DNA from: Chiloscyllium plagiosum
Taxonomy: Eukaryota
Direction of reading: 5' to 3'
Length of the DNA: 64,000 nucleotides
NCBI RefSeq assembly: GCF_004010195.1
Contig: NC_057756.1
Span: 2,606,776 to 2,670,775, forward strand
Shown here one piece after another: positions 12,117 to 25,201 of this stretch. Made by a program: the position numbers and the translations under genes. Each line of letters starts with the position of its first letter. Within the stretch, counting starts at the first letter, position 1. The notes under the pieces are model-generated. The model was not told the DNA's origin. It made no database searches and saw only the letters and a program-made list of their open reading frames with translations.

Positions 12117-15100
12117 GGGAATTGAATTCTTCCGTCAACGTGCCGGTTTTCTTGTTGGCCACCATGCTGTGAGAAGCTTCTGCCATTGATTTTTATTGTA
12201 TTACTCACGTGTTGAGTATATTTATCATATAACACAGGTAAAATTGGATTAATAAAATAGGTGACTGTCGGATTTCTTTCAAAGTGGTGAATTCTCCCGA
12301 AAGTCGTCAACATTAAGAGAAATGCATACGGATAATACGAAGTACTGTCAAACACATGACAATCGTGGTTAACTGAAGTGAGACGCTTTGTATCAGAGAA
12401 ATATCAATCGTCTGAACTCGTTGTGTTTTGTTCGAAATGAAAACATATTGAATGAGGAATATACCCTTGGCCAGAGGAGACAAATGACAATTGGAATGTG
12501 AAGAAAAATGTACGGGACTTACAAGTGAGGAAAAACAACAAAAAAATATAATATTCTGAAGCGGAACAGAAATTTTTGATTGAGAAGAAGCGACGAATAT
12601 TATGCACTTTCTTGGATAGAGAAATGGAGAGGTGACGTAAACGTGAGACATACAGAAGATAACGTTCAATTTGGCGTTTGCTGCCATGAAGTCTATCAAA
12701 AAACAGTAAACATAAAAGGACCAACATGTTTTATCTATTCTAAAAAAAATACACGGAGATCCACATAACTTGACGATATATAACGTTTTTGAAACTGTTG
12801 GTACAGGGAAATTTCTTCTTTAAATTTTAAACACCTTTGTACTCCTGTTTGAATCATTCTAACCCAAGAGACAGCATTTCTTTAATTTGTCTGTTTAAGT
12901 TAATGACAACGACAAAATGATGAAATATATGAATACATCTGGAGCCTCAAGTTTCAACATTAAGTGCAAAAGTGGCTCTGAGAATGTGAACAACACTCAC
13001 AGAAGAAGATGAGCACGATACTTATATTTGCTTGGGATGTACAGATTATCAAACATTCAAAACAAATCAATTCGAATTCAGGAAAAAAAAATGTATAGTG
13101 ACAGCAGCTATATATTATCTATCTAATCATAGCAAGACTGACAAAAAGGAAAATGTTAAGGAGAAATTTAAAATCGTCGGAGAAAAAGAAAGCCAAAACA
13201 AGTGATGTTGAACAAAACTGGGATTTAGAAAATTTCTGCTTGATAAAACGCTCTAATAACTCAGAGGAATGGCATTATTGTTGTTAAATAATCTCCCTGC
13301 TATCGTAATGTGACAAAGGTGAGGTTATATAATGTGGTGTAGATAATCCAGGAAAATATATAGCTGTTAATTATTTTGAATTTTACGTTTAATTTCGAGG
13401 TTAATAGCATTACTGGCCTAAGTACGGCGGTGATATTTCCACTTACTGTTCTTATGAATCTGAAGGAGTTTACTGATCCCTCAAGAGAATTTGAAATCTG
13501 GCACGGACCTAATAAGCACAGAATATGCTGAAAGACTTTTAAAAATGTAACGTTTTGTTCTGAAAAAAAGAGTTGGAACTGAGTTGCTATGTTAGACAAC
13601 AATGTCGATTTTGGCCAAACAGTTTAAATTTTTCCCCCAAGATACCAAACTCCAACAGAATTTCAATGCTACGATTTTTACGAGAGCAAACCACTGTGAC
13701 GGTTGCATCACACATTTTGGACATTTAGACAGAACGGCAAAGAGCACCAAAATAAAAATACGGCACACAGAATCGCTTTCTGAAACGTACCAGTTCATAT
13801 GAAATCTGTGTATCAGAAGACAGAAGAAAAGTCACAGGAAAATCTACAAAGGAGGATTCAGAGGAGAATCGATGCAGCTGACTGTTTTTGATATTTAAAT
13901 GTTCTGTATTCCAATTTGCAGATTGGAATACAGATAGATTGACCAGCCAAAGGACGTTTACACTGAAGGAATTTGTTGTTTAATGGTGTATTTGTTTTCT
14001 GATAGTTAAAAACTATTTTTTTAATCGTTAAATAGATGGTTGTTTCTTTTTTTCTTTGTCACATATTTTTCCAAATTACGAAACAAGGTCACTCTTCTAT
14101 GTGTCTGCTTTAACTGAGCAGAAGATTTTAGCCCGTTTCCTAACAGTTTCAGGGCTGAGGTGCGTGATTCGTACAGCCTTGGACAGATCCAGTCTGAGGA
14201 TTAGACACATTTCAATAGATTGAGGGAACGATAAGTGCCCTGTAGATTTAAGGACTTGATGGTTTCTGTGCTGGATCTTCCACATAAATCGTAAGAGAGA
14301 CAATTTGCTTACTTGCAGTTACTTGTGGTTGGCTAAGTTAAAATGATAGAAATGGATGTTAAAATTGAGAAAGAGTCTCTGAGGTTGCATGATGATTCGC
14401 AAATTTGTCAACAAAGTTCAGAAAGAAAATAAAAGAGCTTGCTCTCCGAATTAGCAAAGTAGTTAGATTTGGGGAAACTGGAAATTAAAAGGGAATTACA
14501 CAAACACTTAGGTGTATCAGAGAAACAATGAAGTGCAGTAGAGATAGAAATACTTCAAGAAAAATTGAGGAAAATGACGTTAGGAGATAAACAAGGGGAA
14601 AGGGAGAGAATGAAGAAAGAGAGAGGGAGAGCGAAAGAGAAAGAGAGAAAAGAGAAAGAGAGAGGAAATGAAATAAAAATAAAGTTCTTAGCTGAGCAAA
14701 GAGGAAGAGAAAGAGAGACAGAAGAATGGGACAGAGAAAAAGAGAGAAAATTAGAACTTCAGAATTCGCGACTTAGTCAGCAAGCTCAAGGTAACAGGAT
14801 GGACATTACAAGACGAAATATGTGAAAAAAGTCAAAATTCTGTTGAACTTTAATCAGAAAGATGTTGAAAGTTTCTGTATTTCCTTTGATAAAATGGCTA
14901 GGCATAGAGTGGTCTGATAACTTGCTCTGAATGCTCGTTCAGAATAAACTAGTCGGCAGAGATATTGAGATATTTGTTGCACTGTCAGATGAGGTGTGAA
15001 GACATTTTGAAGACGTCAAGCAGGCTATTTTATGTGCTTCTGAATTGGTGCCAAAAGAGTATACACAGCGGTGCAGAAAGTCAAACAAGTTATCACGTCA

Positions 15101-17551
15101 GACTTATGTTCATTTCGAAAGATTTAAACGTAGTCATTTTGATAAGTGGGTGTGGGCCTTAAAAATAGATAAGATTTATGAGGCCTTCAGAGAGATTAAT
15201 CTGATGGAAGATTTTAGAAACTAACTTCCAGAGATGATATGATGTCACGTGAATGAACAGAAAGTTCAGGACAGTCATTCTTCTTGAATGGTGTGGGCTT
15301 TAAAAGTAGATAAATTAATTCGCCTCTAAGTGAGATTATGCTGCTGGAGGAGCAAAAAAAATCTCGTTTTCAGAGCTCTTTAGAATTCACGTGGATTAAC
15401 AGAAAGTTCAGGAAATGAGAAGAGCAGCCGAACTGGCAGATTAATACATATTGATGCTTATTTCAACCTTACACAAATAATGTCACCCTGTGAGGTTCTA
15501 AAATTGGGAGAAGGGGAGGTTCTATATTACGAAACAAAGAGTAGCACATCCTGGTAAGTGTTTATCAAAGGTTAAAAAGGAACCCCAAAAGAGTGAAAAG
15601 GAGGTGAAGGCCTCAGGTGCTTCCACGTTGGTAAAGTATGACACGTATACTCACAGTGCTTGTCGTTAAATAAATGCACAATGAGTAAAGATTTCGTAAA
15701 AGATGCTGAGCCACTGTCATTCATGAAAGTAAGAAAGGAGCCCAAAGAAAAGTCGAGGAGCTGCAGGAGAGTGCACAGCCAAGTGACAGACTGATAATGG
15801 AGCAAGTGTCGAACCTCTATAAAAAAATCACCTCTGTGTGTAAAGATTACTCAGAAAGAATAGAGGGAGAAGAGCAAAAAGTTATAATTTTGAGAGATAC
15901 AGGATATAACCAGTCTCTAATATTGAGAAATGAGCGAATTTTCTCTCTTTGTGACCTGTTACCTGAGAGCATGGTAATAACTTGAATAGATGGACAGAAA
16001 GTTATCTCTCCCCTTTGTAACACCAGGTTGGACTTTAATCTCAAGAGTCGGGAATAAATAGTGAGGGTGATTTCCAGAGTGTCAGCTCCAGAAATCCAAT
16101 TTTTCTGTGGAATGATTTAACACTGTCCAAGATGTGAGTGACGTAAGTCACAGCACAAAGCAAAAACAAAATAGAAAGATGAGGAGTTGTCTTTCATTTA
16201 GCGAGCCCCCTGTTTCTCGTAATGATGCATGGAAACCCGAAGCAGGCAGAGGGTCATACAGAAGTGTTTAGTCCTGAACGGCTAATAGACTTGCAACAGA
16301 AAGAGAATACAATAAAAGATGCACATGTAGATGTGTACCCTGGAAAGGAAGCAGAAAATATTCCTTAGAGTTATTAATTGAAAGGTAGTATCTTAAGACA
16401 AAAACGGAGACCAAGGCAGGTTATCTTAGTACAGAGGACAAATGGGCCGAAATGCGGAAGATTATTTTGCCAATAGCATACAGGATGTGTAGGGTAGCAC
16501 AGGAATTACCTGTCGGAGGTCACAAAGGTATTCGGAAGACTCAGGCTTAGGTACAAAAATATTTTGTTGGCCAGCAATGCACAAGGACGTGATTAAATGT
16601 TGCCATACGAGTTAAACATGCCAAATGGAGGGTAGGCCGCAAGAGCAAGGGCAAATAAAAAGCTTTATTGCAACCTCTGCATGGAGCCCAATACATTTGG
16701 CAAAGATGCTTTATGTAAGGGGCAGAACAACTTTCACATATTCTCTTTATGCTACACTTTGCTTATCCTTATCACACGTTCAAGGACAAGAACTGGGAAC
16801 ATTCTAGCTTCTTTCCACATATGGAGTTGTTTCCATCATTTCTTTGCTGTTGATACAATTGAAGCTTTATGCTTTCCCTGGCTTTTCCTGAATCTGACTG
16901 TTTGCAAGACTTGCAAGGCCAAGCTGTCTGCTTGTAAAATCCAGCAAAGTCACGCTTTCTACCTAAAATGTTAGCAAAGTTCTGGACTTAGCAATGTATT
17001 CTCTTTCAGATTTCACGGTAAATGATAATTTTGTTAATTTTCCATTACACCTACTCAGTTTACTCTGTCCCAGTTAATACTGGAACATGAAGCGAAAGGT
17101 CCTTTGAAATTAATTAGGAACCTTTGACAGGACGAAAGTCGCAATCTTCACACTTCAATTATGTACCAGAGATGGGCGAGAGATGCAATCGTGTCCGTAT
17201 TGAGCTAATCTGCACGTATAAGGGGCACAGCATCGAAATAGGCACGTGACAGATAAATAATCTGAGACTCTGACATTTTTCTGTGGAGATGACGCTTTTA
17301 AATTTTTACCAGTGACAGCATATCCCGTGAAAGGCAGGTTTAGTGGTCATTATAAATTGATTAAAAAGTCGAGTCAAGTGAACTGTCTGGTAATAATGCC
17401 ATTTTGGAAAGAACTGTGTTGCGTATATCATGTGACTATGTTGAAAACATGTTAACACAGAGCGACAATATGGAAGGAGGAAGTGTTACTTCCTAACAAC
17501 CAGAGTGAGGAATCAAATACAGATGGTGTGGAATTTCATGTGCTTCAAATT

Positions 17552-18540
17552 AGAGTCATACAGTCATGGAGGTATACAGCATAGAAACAGACACGTGGGT
17601 TCCACACGTCCATGATGACCAGATATCCCAACACAATCTACTCCCAGCACCCGGCCCATTTCCCTCCAATCCCTTCCTACTCATATACCCATCCAAATGC
17701 CTTTTAGGTATTGCAATTGTACCAGCCTCCACCACTTCCTCTGGCAGCTCATTCCATGCACATACCACCCTCTGCAGGAAAAAGTTGTCTGTTAAGTCTC
17801 TTTTATATCTTTCTGCTCTCACACTGAACCTATGCCGACTGGTTTTGGAGTTCTCCCACACCAGTGAAAAGACTTTGTTTATTTATCCTATCCATGCCGC
17901 CTCACAATTTTCTAAACCTCTATAACGTCACATCTCAGCCTCCAACACTCCAGGGATAACAGACCCAGCTTATTCAGCCTCTCCCGAGAGCTCAAATCCT
18001 GCAACCCTGGAAACATCCTTGTAAATCTTTCTGAACCCTTTCAAGTTTCACAACGTCTTTTGATAGGAAGGAGACCAGAATTACACGCAATATTTTAACA
18101 GTGACCTAACCAATGTCCTGTACAGTCGCAGCATGACCTCCCAACTCCTGTACTCAATATTCTGAACAATAAAAGAAAGCATACCAAACGCCTTATTCAC
18201 TATCCTATCTAGCTGCAGCTCCACTTTCAAGGAGCTATGAACTGGCATTCCAAGGTCTCTTTGTTCAGCAACACTCCCTAGGACCTTACCATTAAGAGTG
18301 TAAGCCCTGCTAAGATTTCCTTTCCCAAAATGCAGCATCTCGCATTTATCTGAATTAAACTCCGTCTGCCACTTCTCAGCCCATTGGCCCAAGGGATCAA
18401 GATCCTGTTGTAATCTGAGGGAACCTTCTTCACTGTCCACTACACTTCCAATTTGGTGAACGCAAACGTAACTAATAATACCTCTTATGCTCGCATCTAA
18501 ATCATTTATATAATTAATGAAAAGTAGAGGACCCAGCACT
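17552..18540 (-). mobile_element. 5'-truncated CR1-clade LINE nested in Gypsy element 2
   Basis: Minus-strand RT C-terminus (LGPLLFINYINDLD..LQQDLDPLGQWAEKWQTEFNSDKC..QRDLG; FFLQRVVCAWNELPEEVVEAG) and a short-repeat CR1 tail at ~17552. Confidence 0.92.
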
Positions 18541-19964
18541 TTAATCAGTAAGGAAGTTCTTGAAGAGAATGAAAGTGTAGTAAACTATCATTATCAGGAG
18601 CAAAGAGCGCAGTTCAAAGTTTTGCTGCAGAAATAAGGACATATGCAGGAATAAGATGGAAAGGAATAAAGCTATTGTACATGAGGTAGATGCAATAAAA
18701 CATCACCCGTATTGTCTTAAACCTCTCAAAGCCAGACTGTTCCATAAAGAATTGGAAGCCATGCTGAGCAAAAATAACATCAGACCGATAATCTTTTTTT
18801 TTTCAAAACCGTATTGGTGTCGACGATTTTGCGTGGATTATTGCAAGATCAATGCCAAACAAGATCGGGCCCATACCCAGTACCACGATTGGAAGATGGT
18901 GTCGCAAAAGTCGGACAAGTGAGTTACATAACAAAGTTTGAACTGACTGCTTAGCGATTGATAGCGAACTTTGTCCGAGAAGGTGAACTAGATTTCTGCA
19001 TTCGTAGTATCAAATGGGCTACATCAAATTAAAGTTATGTCCTTTGAAATGAATAAAATACCCACCTCGTTTCTAAGACACATAAACAGAGTTGTTGCGT
19101 GTTTACCAAACAGTGCAGTGTATTTGAACGATGTAATGATTTTTCGTGAGTCATGGGAAATTTACATGATGCAGTTGGTGTAACTCTTTGATTTGCTATG
19201 ACAAGAAAATCTGGAAATAAACAAAACTGAATTCACGAAAGCAGAAGTGGAGTCCTCACGACATAACATCAGTCATCCAATGATGTCCCAATGAACGCAA
19301 AACGCAAGGCCATGGAGGAGTTTCCAAGAACAACATGATGAAAGAGGTGCTTCGAATTTTGGGACGATGTAAATTCCATCAGAATATTCTTCAAACTTCA
19401 GCAGCTTGTGTAGCCATTAACAAATGTGCTGAAGAAGAACACAAAATGTCGGTGGACAAAACAATGCCAGGAGGCGTTTTCCAATTTAAAACTAATCCTA
19501 ACGCACGCAGCAGTTTTGTTTACACCAAAGCTTTGAATACATTCATAGATACCATCGTTGCCAGTGATATAGGAGTTAGAGCCGTACTGTTACAGAAAGA
19601 TGAAGATGAAATTGAACTGCCAGTTGGCTATTTTTACAAGAAACGGAAAAACCAACCAGAGAAAATACTCCGCAATTGAAAAAGAAATATTAAGTTTGGT
19701 ACTGTCTTACAATGTTAAATTGTTTATGCCACAATGAATGAGTCAAAGAAGGATGTTTACAAGGATGACAATCCTGTAACATTATTGGAACACTTCAAAG
19801 GCAAGAATAAGAGACTTTTTCATTGCAGTCATCTGTTAAGGGCATTTGCCTGTCAAATCGTACCTGTCAACTGTCATAGAAATTTAATATCAGATGCATT
19901 ACCGCGGACTTAACTGAAAAGTTACAGATGAGATTGGTATATATTCAATGTCTGTGTGGTTATG

Positions 19965-20041
19965 TGAGTGTGTATGTGTGTGTGTGCTATATATATATAT
20001 ATATATATATACATATATACACACTCACTCGCACACACACT
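19965..20041. repeat. Compound (TG)n(TA)n(CA)n microsatellite
   Basis: Directly visible dinucleotide runs. Confidence 0.9.
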
Positions 20042-21354
20042 CGTTAATATTAACTTAGGTCAAAGTCATATCTGTGTCATGGTAATGGAGTTGAGAAATA
20101 GAGAAAAGAATAAAGCCATACTTTCATTCTGAAAATTGATTACTTTTCTAAGGGGGCAGGTGGCAAGAAGTTGCAGCGTGATACTTTATCTTCAAGATAG
20201 AGTGAAAGCTGGCAAGCTCTTAACATGCATAAAGAGTGCTGAAAAAATAAAAACTTGTAACATTTAGCTGTGAAATGAATAGCTGGTGCTGAGTTGCTAT
20301 GTGACACAACAATTTCAAATTTGAACAATTATTTCAAATTGTGCACCTAGAAAACGAAATCCATTCGAATTTGAGTCTTACTATTTTGATAACAGTGCAC
20401 AAATGAGACGATCCAGTGTTTTTGGGGAATAAAGAGCGTGCATTTTCAACAGTGAGCAAGAGTGGCAAAGAACACGAAGAAGCACAGACGGCCGGCAGAA
20501 TCACTACATGAAAGATATCTGTCCATACGAAAACTTTGCAGCAGACAGCTGAGGAAACGACCCAGAAAAATCTACAGAGGAGTATTCAGAGGAGAATCGA
20601 CACGGCTGACTGTTTCCGAAATATGATTTATTTTGTAAATCTCAATCGTGGGATTTTATCAGATCAGCATATTGTTGTCGAGAGGAATGTAGATTACTTG
20701 ATCAGCCAGAGGAGGACTACAATGTAGAAAGTCATTGTTTAAAATTTTCATTTGTTCTTGCAATCAAGTTTTTTTTTACTTGAAATATGGGAATTTGGTA
20801 TTTCTTTGTCATTCATACTTTTATAGATTTCGAAGTTTGGTGAGCTTTTCTGTGTGTCTGATTTAAACTAGCAGATGTGATTACCCCGTGTTGTCATAAC
20901 TATCCTGACGCAGTTTGTTTATTTTGCTTCAAATGAGGCTCAAAGCAACTGTTTGCAGAAACGATTCAAAGATCCATAGAAACGAAAGTGATGAGAATGT
21001 TCTGACACTGACTCGCAGATTACAAACAAATGAAATGCATGCAAAGCTGGCATGTGCATTCAGTTTGTACACAAATTGGCTTTACGTAGTTATGAATATT
21101 TCTTGTTGTTAGGTTGGTAGGTTCGATATCACACTAACATTTCGAAGTGGCCTTGTACTATGAAGTGTTCCACATGTAATTTATATCATTTGCAGTTCCG
21201 GCACAAACATGGAAAAATATTAACCTGTGACCATTTGGAGACCAGATAGTTCCTGAAAGAAACTTGCTGTGATATGATGAATGACGCATATGTGTTTTGT
21301 TTGCCACGTCAGTTGAAACATTGAATTGTGATTGGCATGGCGGTTTGCAGTCTC

Positions 21355-21555
21355 TGGTAGTGGGTCGAGAGTGTGTTGCTGGAAAGGAACAGCCAGTCAG
21401 GCAGCATCCAAGGAGAAAGTGAGTCGACGTTTCGGTCATAAGCCTTTCATCATGATTTAAAATGTCCAATCTCCTCCGTCTTCGCCTTGCATGTTCTCTG
21501 ACCAGGAACATTTTTGAAAAGGCTATTCAGCATCTGCAGTCCTCACTTTTTCCTA
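21355..21555. mobile_element. Decayed Penelope-derived hairpin element, part of the tandem unit
   Basis: GTTGCTGGAAAGGAACAGC..CAGGCAGCATCCAAGGAG..GACGTTTCGGTCATAAGCCTTTCATCA..CAGCATCTGCAGTCCTCACTTT; equivalent copies at ~40545-40720 and ~49930-50130. Confidence 0.65.
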
Positions 21556-21969
21556 CTCTCTGAAAAATGTCCGACGTACCTGTCGAAGGTAAACGTTTTT
21601 TGATCACGTCGAAATACCTATACTTACGTTGAAGCACGAGATGTTAAGGTAATTGCAACTGTCACATGACGGCTTAAGAATTCAAGAAATAGCGTCTGGA
21701 CTCCAAACTGCACTAATCAGTCGGTGATTGACCCCTCCCTGAGTACTGACACAAAATACGCATGATGTCACCGAATATATCATTGGATAACACCTGCTAT
21801 TTATGCCCAAAACAAACGAGACTAAACCAGTTCCACAGGCAGCCATTATGCCTGCTCGCCAGAAAGGAAGTCACTGGCGACAACTGAAAACATCACACAA
21901 TTCATTCGTCTCTGAATACGCGTATCTTTTGATGTCTGAGTATAGTTTCCTCATCTGAATTTCTGTGAA

Positions 21970-23000
21970 GTGAACAGACCTCGTAGTAGAGAGAGGGTGG
22001 TTTTGGAGGCTCGCCATTCAGAATGGTGCTGGGTCCATTGCTTTTCATAATTTACATAAATGTTTTGGATGTGAACTTTGCCGTCTACAGATGAGTTTAA
22101 AATTGCAGGTGTAGTGCCCAACAAGGAATTGACCTCAGAATAAAACAGAATCTTAACCAGATAGGCCAATAGGTCGAACAGTGGTAGCTTCTCTTGAAAT
22201 TTAGAGAATTGTGTGGAGCGACATTTTCGAAGTGCAAATCAGAGCAGGACTTATACACTTCATGGCAAGGTTCAGGAGTGTATTGCTAAACAAACATAAC
22301 CTTGAAATGCATGTTCATGTTTCCTTGAATGTAGACTCACGAGTAGAGAGAATATTAAATAATTCGAATGAATGTTTTACTTTATTGGGCAGATCATTGA
22401 ATATAAGAGTTGGGAGCTCAGTTTGCCGCTCTGGAGAATATTCCTTAGGCCGTTTTGGAATATTGTGTGCAATTCGGGTCTCCCTCAAATCAGAAGGACG
22501 TTATGAAACTTGAAATGATTCATAAAATTGTGTGTGTTTTTGCGGGTTTTGGCGAATTTGAGCGAATTGGACAAGCTGAGTACACTCTCACTGTTTTTCT
22601 TGGAGGTTGAGGTCGCACCTGACGAACTTTTAGTAAATCTTGAGGGGCATTGTTGTAGATACAGGTAAGATTTCCTCTTTTTCCCAGGGTACCAGAGTCC
22701 AAAACTAGAGGGTAAAAGCCTAGAGTGAGAAGAGAAATTTTTAAAAGCGACCTGACAAACAACTTCCTCATGTAGGAGTTGGTGCGTGTGTGGAATGACC
22801 TGCCATGGAAGATTGTGAAGGTTGGTGCACTTGCAAAATTTAAAAATCATCTGGCTGGTATACACTTGGGAAAGGTCTGGAGCGATGTGTGCAATGTTAG
22901 AACAAATAGGATTAAATTAAGTTTAGGTATTTGTTCAGAATGGGTATGTTGCACTAAACAGTCTGTTTCCATGCTGTACGTCTCTATGATTCTATGATTC
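21970..23000 (+). mobile_element. Old CR1-clade LINE 3' part, duplicated with the tandem unit
   Basis: VRVWNDLPWKIVKVG motif and (TCTATGAT) tail at 22983-22998; equivalents at 41140-42200 and 50700-51420. Confidence 0.8.
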
Positions 23001-23905
23001 CATAACCTACAGACTCACCTGATAACGAGAACGACCACACTTCACAAAAAAAAACGCCATTGCCTCATTAGACACCCGGAATTTTCATGTCATCCATTCA
23101 TCCATCAATTATATTATTTGTCAGCTTGAATCATCCAGTTTATGTAACAAAGCGACTGCACAGAAAAGCAAACTGGCAATATATTTACCTGCCTGCCTTG
23201 TCATTTATTCAGTCAATAAAGAAGTTCTGTATGTGCTAAGGAAATTCTTGACTGCAGCCATACTTTTTTTCAACAATACTTTCTAGTTCTACAATTATGA
23301 ATCCGACATCCAAAAGCTCTCAAATGACATCAAACTGAAAACGAATGCCTTTAAATTTCAATAAGATATTTCTTCTCCCGCCAAAAACTCGGTAAAAATC
23401 ATTCATCATGAGCATCGGAAACAATCTATCAGATTTCCCCCGGCAATTTTTTATTGAACACTGGAATATTACCAAATGGGACAATATCTGAACACGTCAC
23501 GCACATACACAGTAAACACCGGGTTGGAAGAACAGTTGAACATTTGGTATTTGGGCAGTCAAAGCACACATTTATGACAGAAAGCCGATATACTATTAAT
23601 CATTCTCATCACTGGTCAATCCTAATTCTGGTCATTTAATCTTTGTGCAGCAAAAGCATTTTGCAGCCAAATTTCATTATGTTTTTGATCCATTGGATGA
23701 TCATAATCTGATATAGAATTAAATATATGCTGGCATTATTTTAGGTCATGAAATGCATGTTAGCATTCAGATATTACGGAATTCAGGTTTCAGAAAACTG
23801 TCAAAGGAGAGGTATTATCATCCGTCCCTCTGTCACTGCGTATGATTATTTGAGGATACAACAATGCCGTCTCAAATATTGGGGCTTTTATGTTACATCT
23901 TACAG

Positions 23906-23926
23906 CGTTCAGAAAACGTCAAGAAG
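23906..23926 (+). CDS. 21-nt heptad micro-exon type D (AFRKRQE, phase 1)
   Basis: cttacag|CGTTCAGAAAACGTCAAGAAG|gtgaga. Canonical sites; paralogous to 31559 and 55078. Confidence 0.8.
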
Positions 23927-25180
23927 GTGAGAAATCTAAAACCCTGCAGACACTCTGCAGCTGAATTGACGAAGAAATGCGATTGGCACATTACTTTTAT
24001 GTCTGTTCAGGAGTGATGGAACTGGACTAATCCAAAAAGAACGGGTGTTTTAATCTATGGAAACGCCATGTTAATTGATCCCAGTTGTTCTCCTCTACGA
24101 AAATTTAATCTTGTGACATAACATGAAAGACATATTGAGAATCTGTCTGATTCCAAAAGATTGGCCGATCATTACCTTGCATTAAATTGAAAACTGATGC
24201 AATATTGTACGATATTACAAATGTGCAAAAAAAGAGAACTTTGCATTTATGCACTCAGTTGAAACAATTGACATGTTTAATGATCTCTCCTCACAATTCC
24301 CTTATGGAGCAGACCACACACTATCGAACCATTTCCAGAAGATAGTCCTAACCCTATCCTTTCAAGTTGTTTTCAGCAGATACAAGTTGGATTATCCAGA
24401 ACTGATGCATCTTCTCAAACCATTCATTATTAAACAAAACAGATTATATTTACAGACTACTGAATGAAAAACAAGCAGTGAAAATGATATTTACTATAAC
24501 AGGACAAGTTAGTAATATTTGTTTCAAGACATTGGACATTTGACATTCTTCACAAAAAAAATTGGTAGCATTGATATTCAATCATAACAACAGACAACTG
24601 CACAAACATTTGACATTGGGAATCCTTTCTCCTCAGCTGAGAAAATACGTGTTATTGTCACCCTGCTGTATCTGGTAGCAAACATGTTTTGGATGAATTT
24701 ATTTTAGAGTAATTGTCTCATTCAAGCCAGACTGATATACATGAAAGACAGTAAGTCATGCATTGTTGGGCGTTATTCGCCTATTCTAATTCAATTACAT
24801 TCAGCATGATAAGTGATGTTGTGGGTGCTACAGCAGTAAAATATTCAAATAATTCTGGCCAATGCGTAAAAACTGAAAGTAAAAAGATACTTTCTGCAAT
24901 GAGTAAGTGAAAGGCATTTCAGTACAAAGCGATGTAGCAGTAGATATAAGTAAATTCCGATCTACATAATGTGGGAAAATTAAGTGGTAGCAGAGAGCCA
25001 ACACTTACCAATATTCTGTCAGAATTTATGTTGCGATTGACTGAAGTGGAAAAAGAAAGCATTAAATCATTTACACAGATTTTGATTTTGTAAATTTCCA
25101 TTAATTATGAGTACTGCATTGTAATTATGGTATACTAATAGAGGTGAAACTAATCAAATTGCCTTTGTTACCACTTACAG

Positions 25181-25201
25181 ATTATGCAGCCAAAGAAGCT
25201 G
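25181..25201 (+). CDS. 21-nt heptad micro-exon type A (DYAAKEA)
   Basis: gcctttgttaccacttacag|ATTATGCAGCCAAAGAAGCTG|gtgagt. Consensus acceptor and donor. Confidence 0.85.

Larger units (their letters stand above)
13450..20900 (+). mobile_element. Second, older decayed Gypsy (Gmr1-type) LTR retrotransposon
   Basis: Diverged LTR pair at ~13450-14145 and 20161-~20900, with PPT AAGGGGGCAGG before 20161. Gag-like charged region at 14565-14825; protease VIILRDTG at ~15885; integrase N-terminus (GHKGIRKTQA) at ~16520; RT (RRFCVDYCKIN) at ~18820; RNase H (ASDIGVRAVLLQ..PVGYF) at ~19560. Boundaries approximate. Confidence 0.85.

Noticed and set aside
11888..12768. Cluster of 107-155 aa ORFs on the minus strand
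   Set aside because: No domain motifs, and the paralogous blocks in other units do not keep the frames; chance ORFs in intron sequence.
14565..14825. E/R/K-rich ORF as part of the host coiled-coil protein
   Set aside because: Lies inside Gypsy element 2 between the LTR and protease; it is the low-complexity gag region, matching 6650-6760 in element 1.
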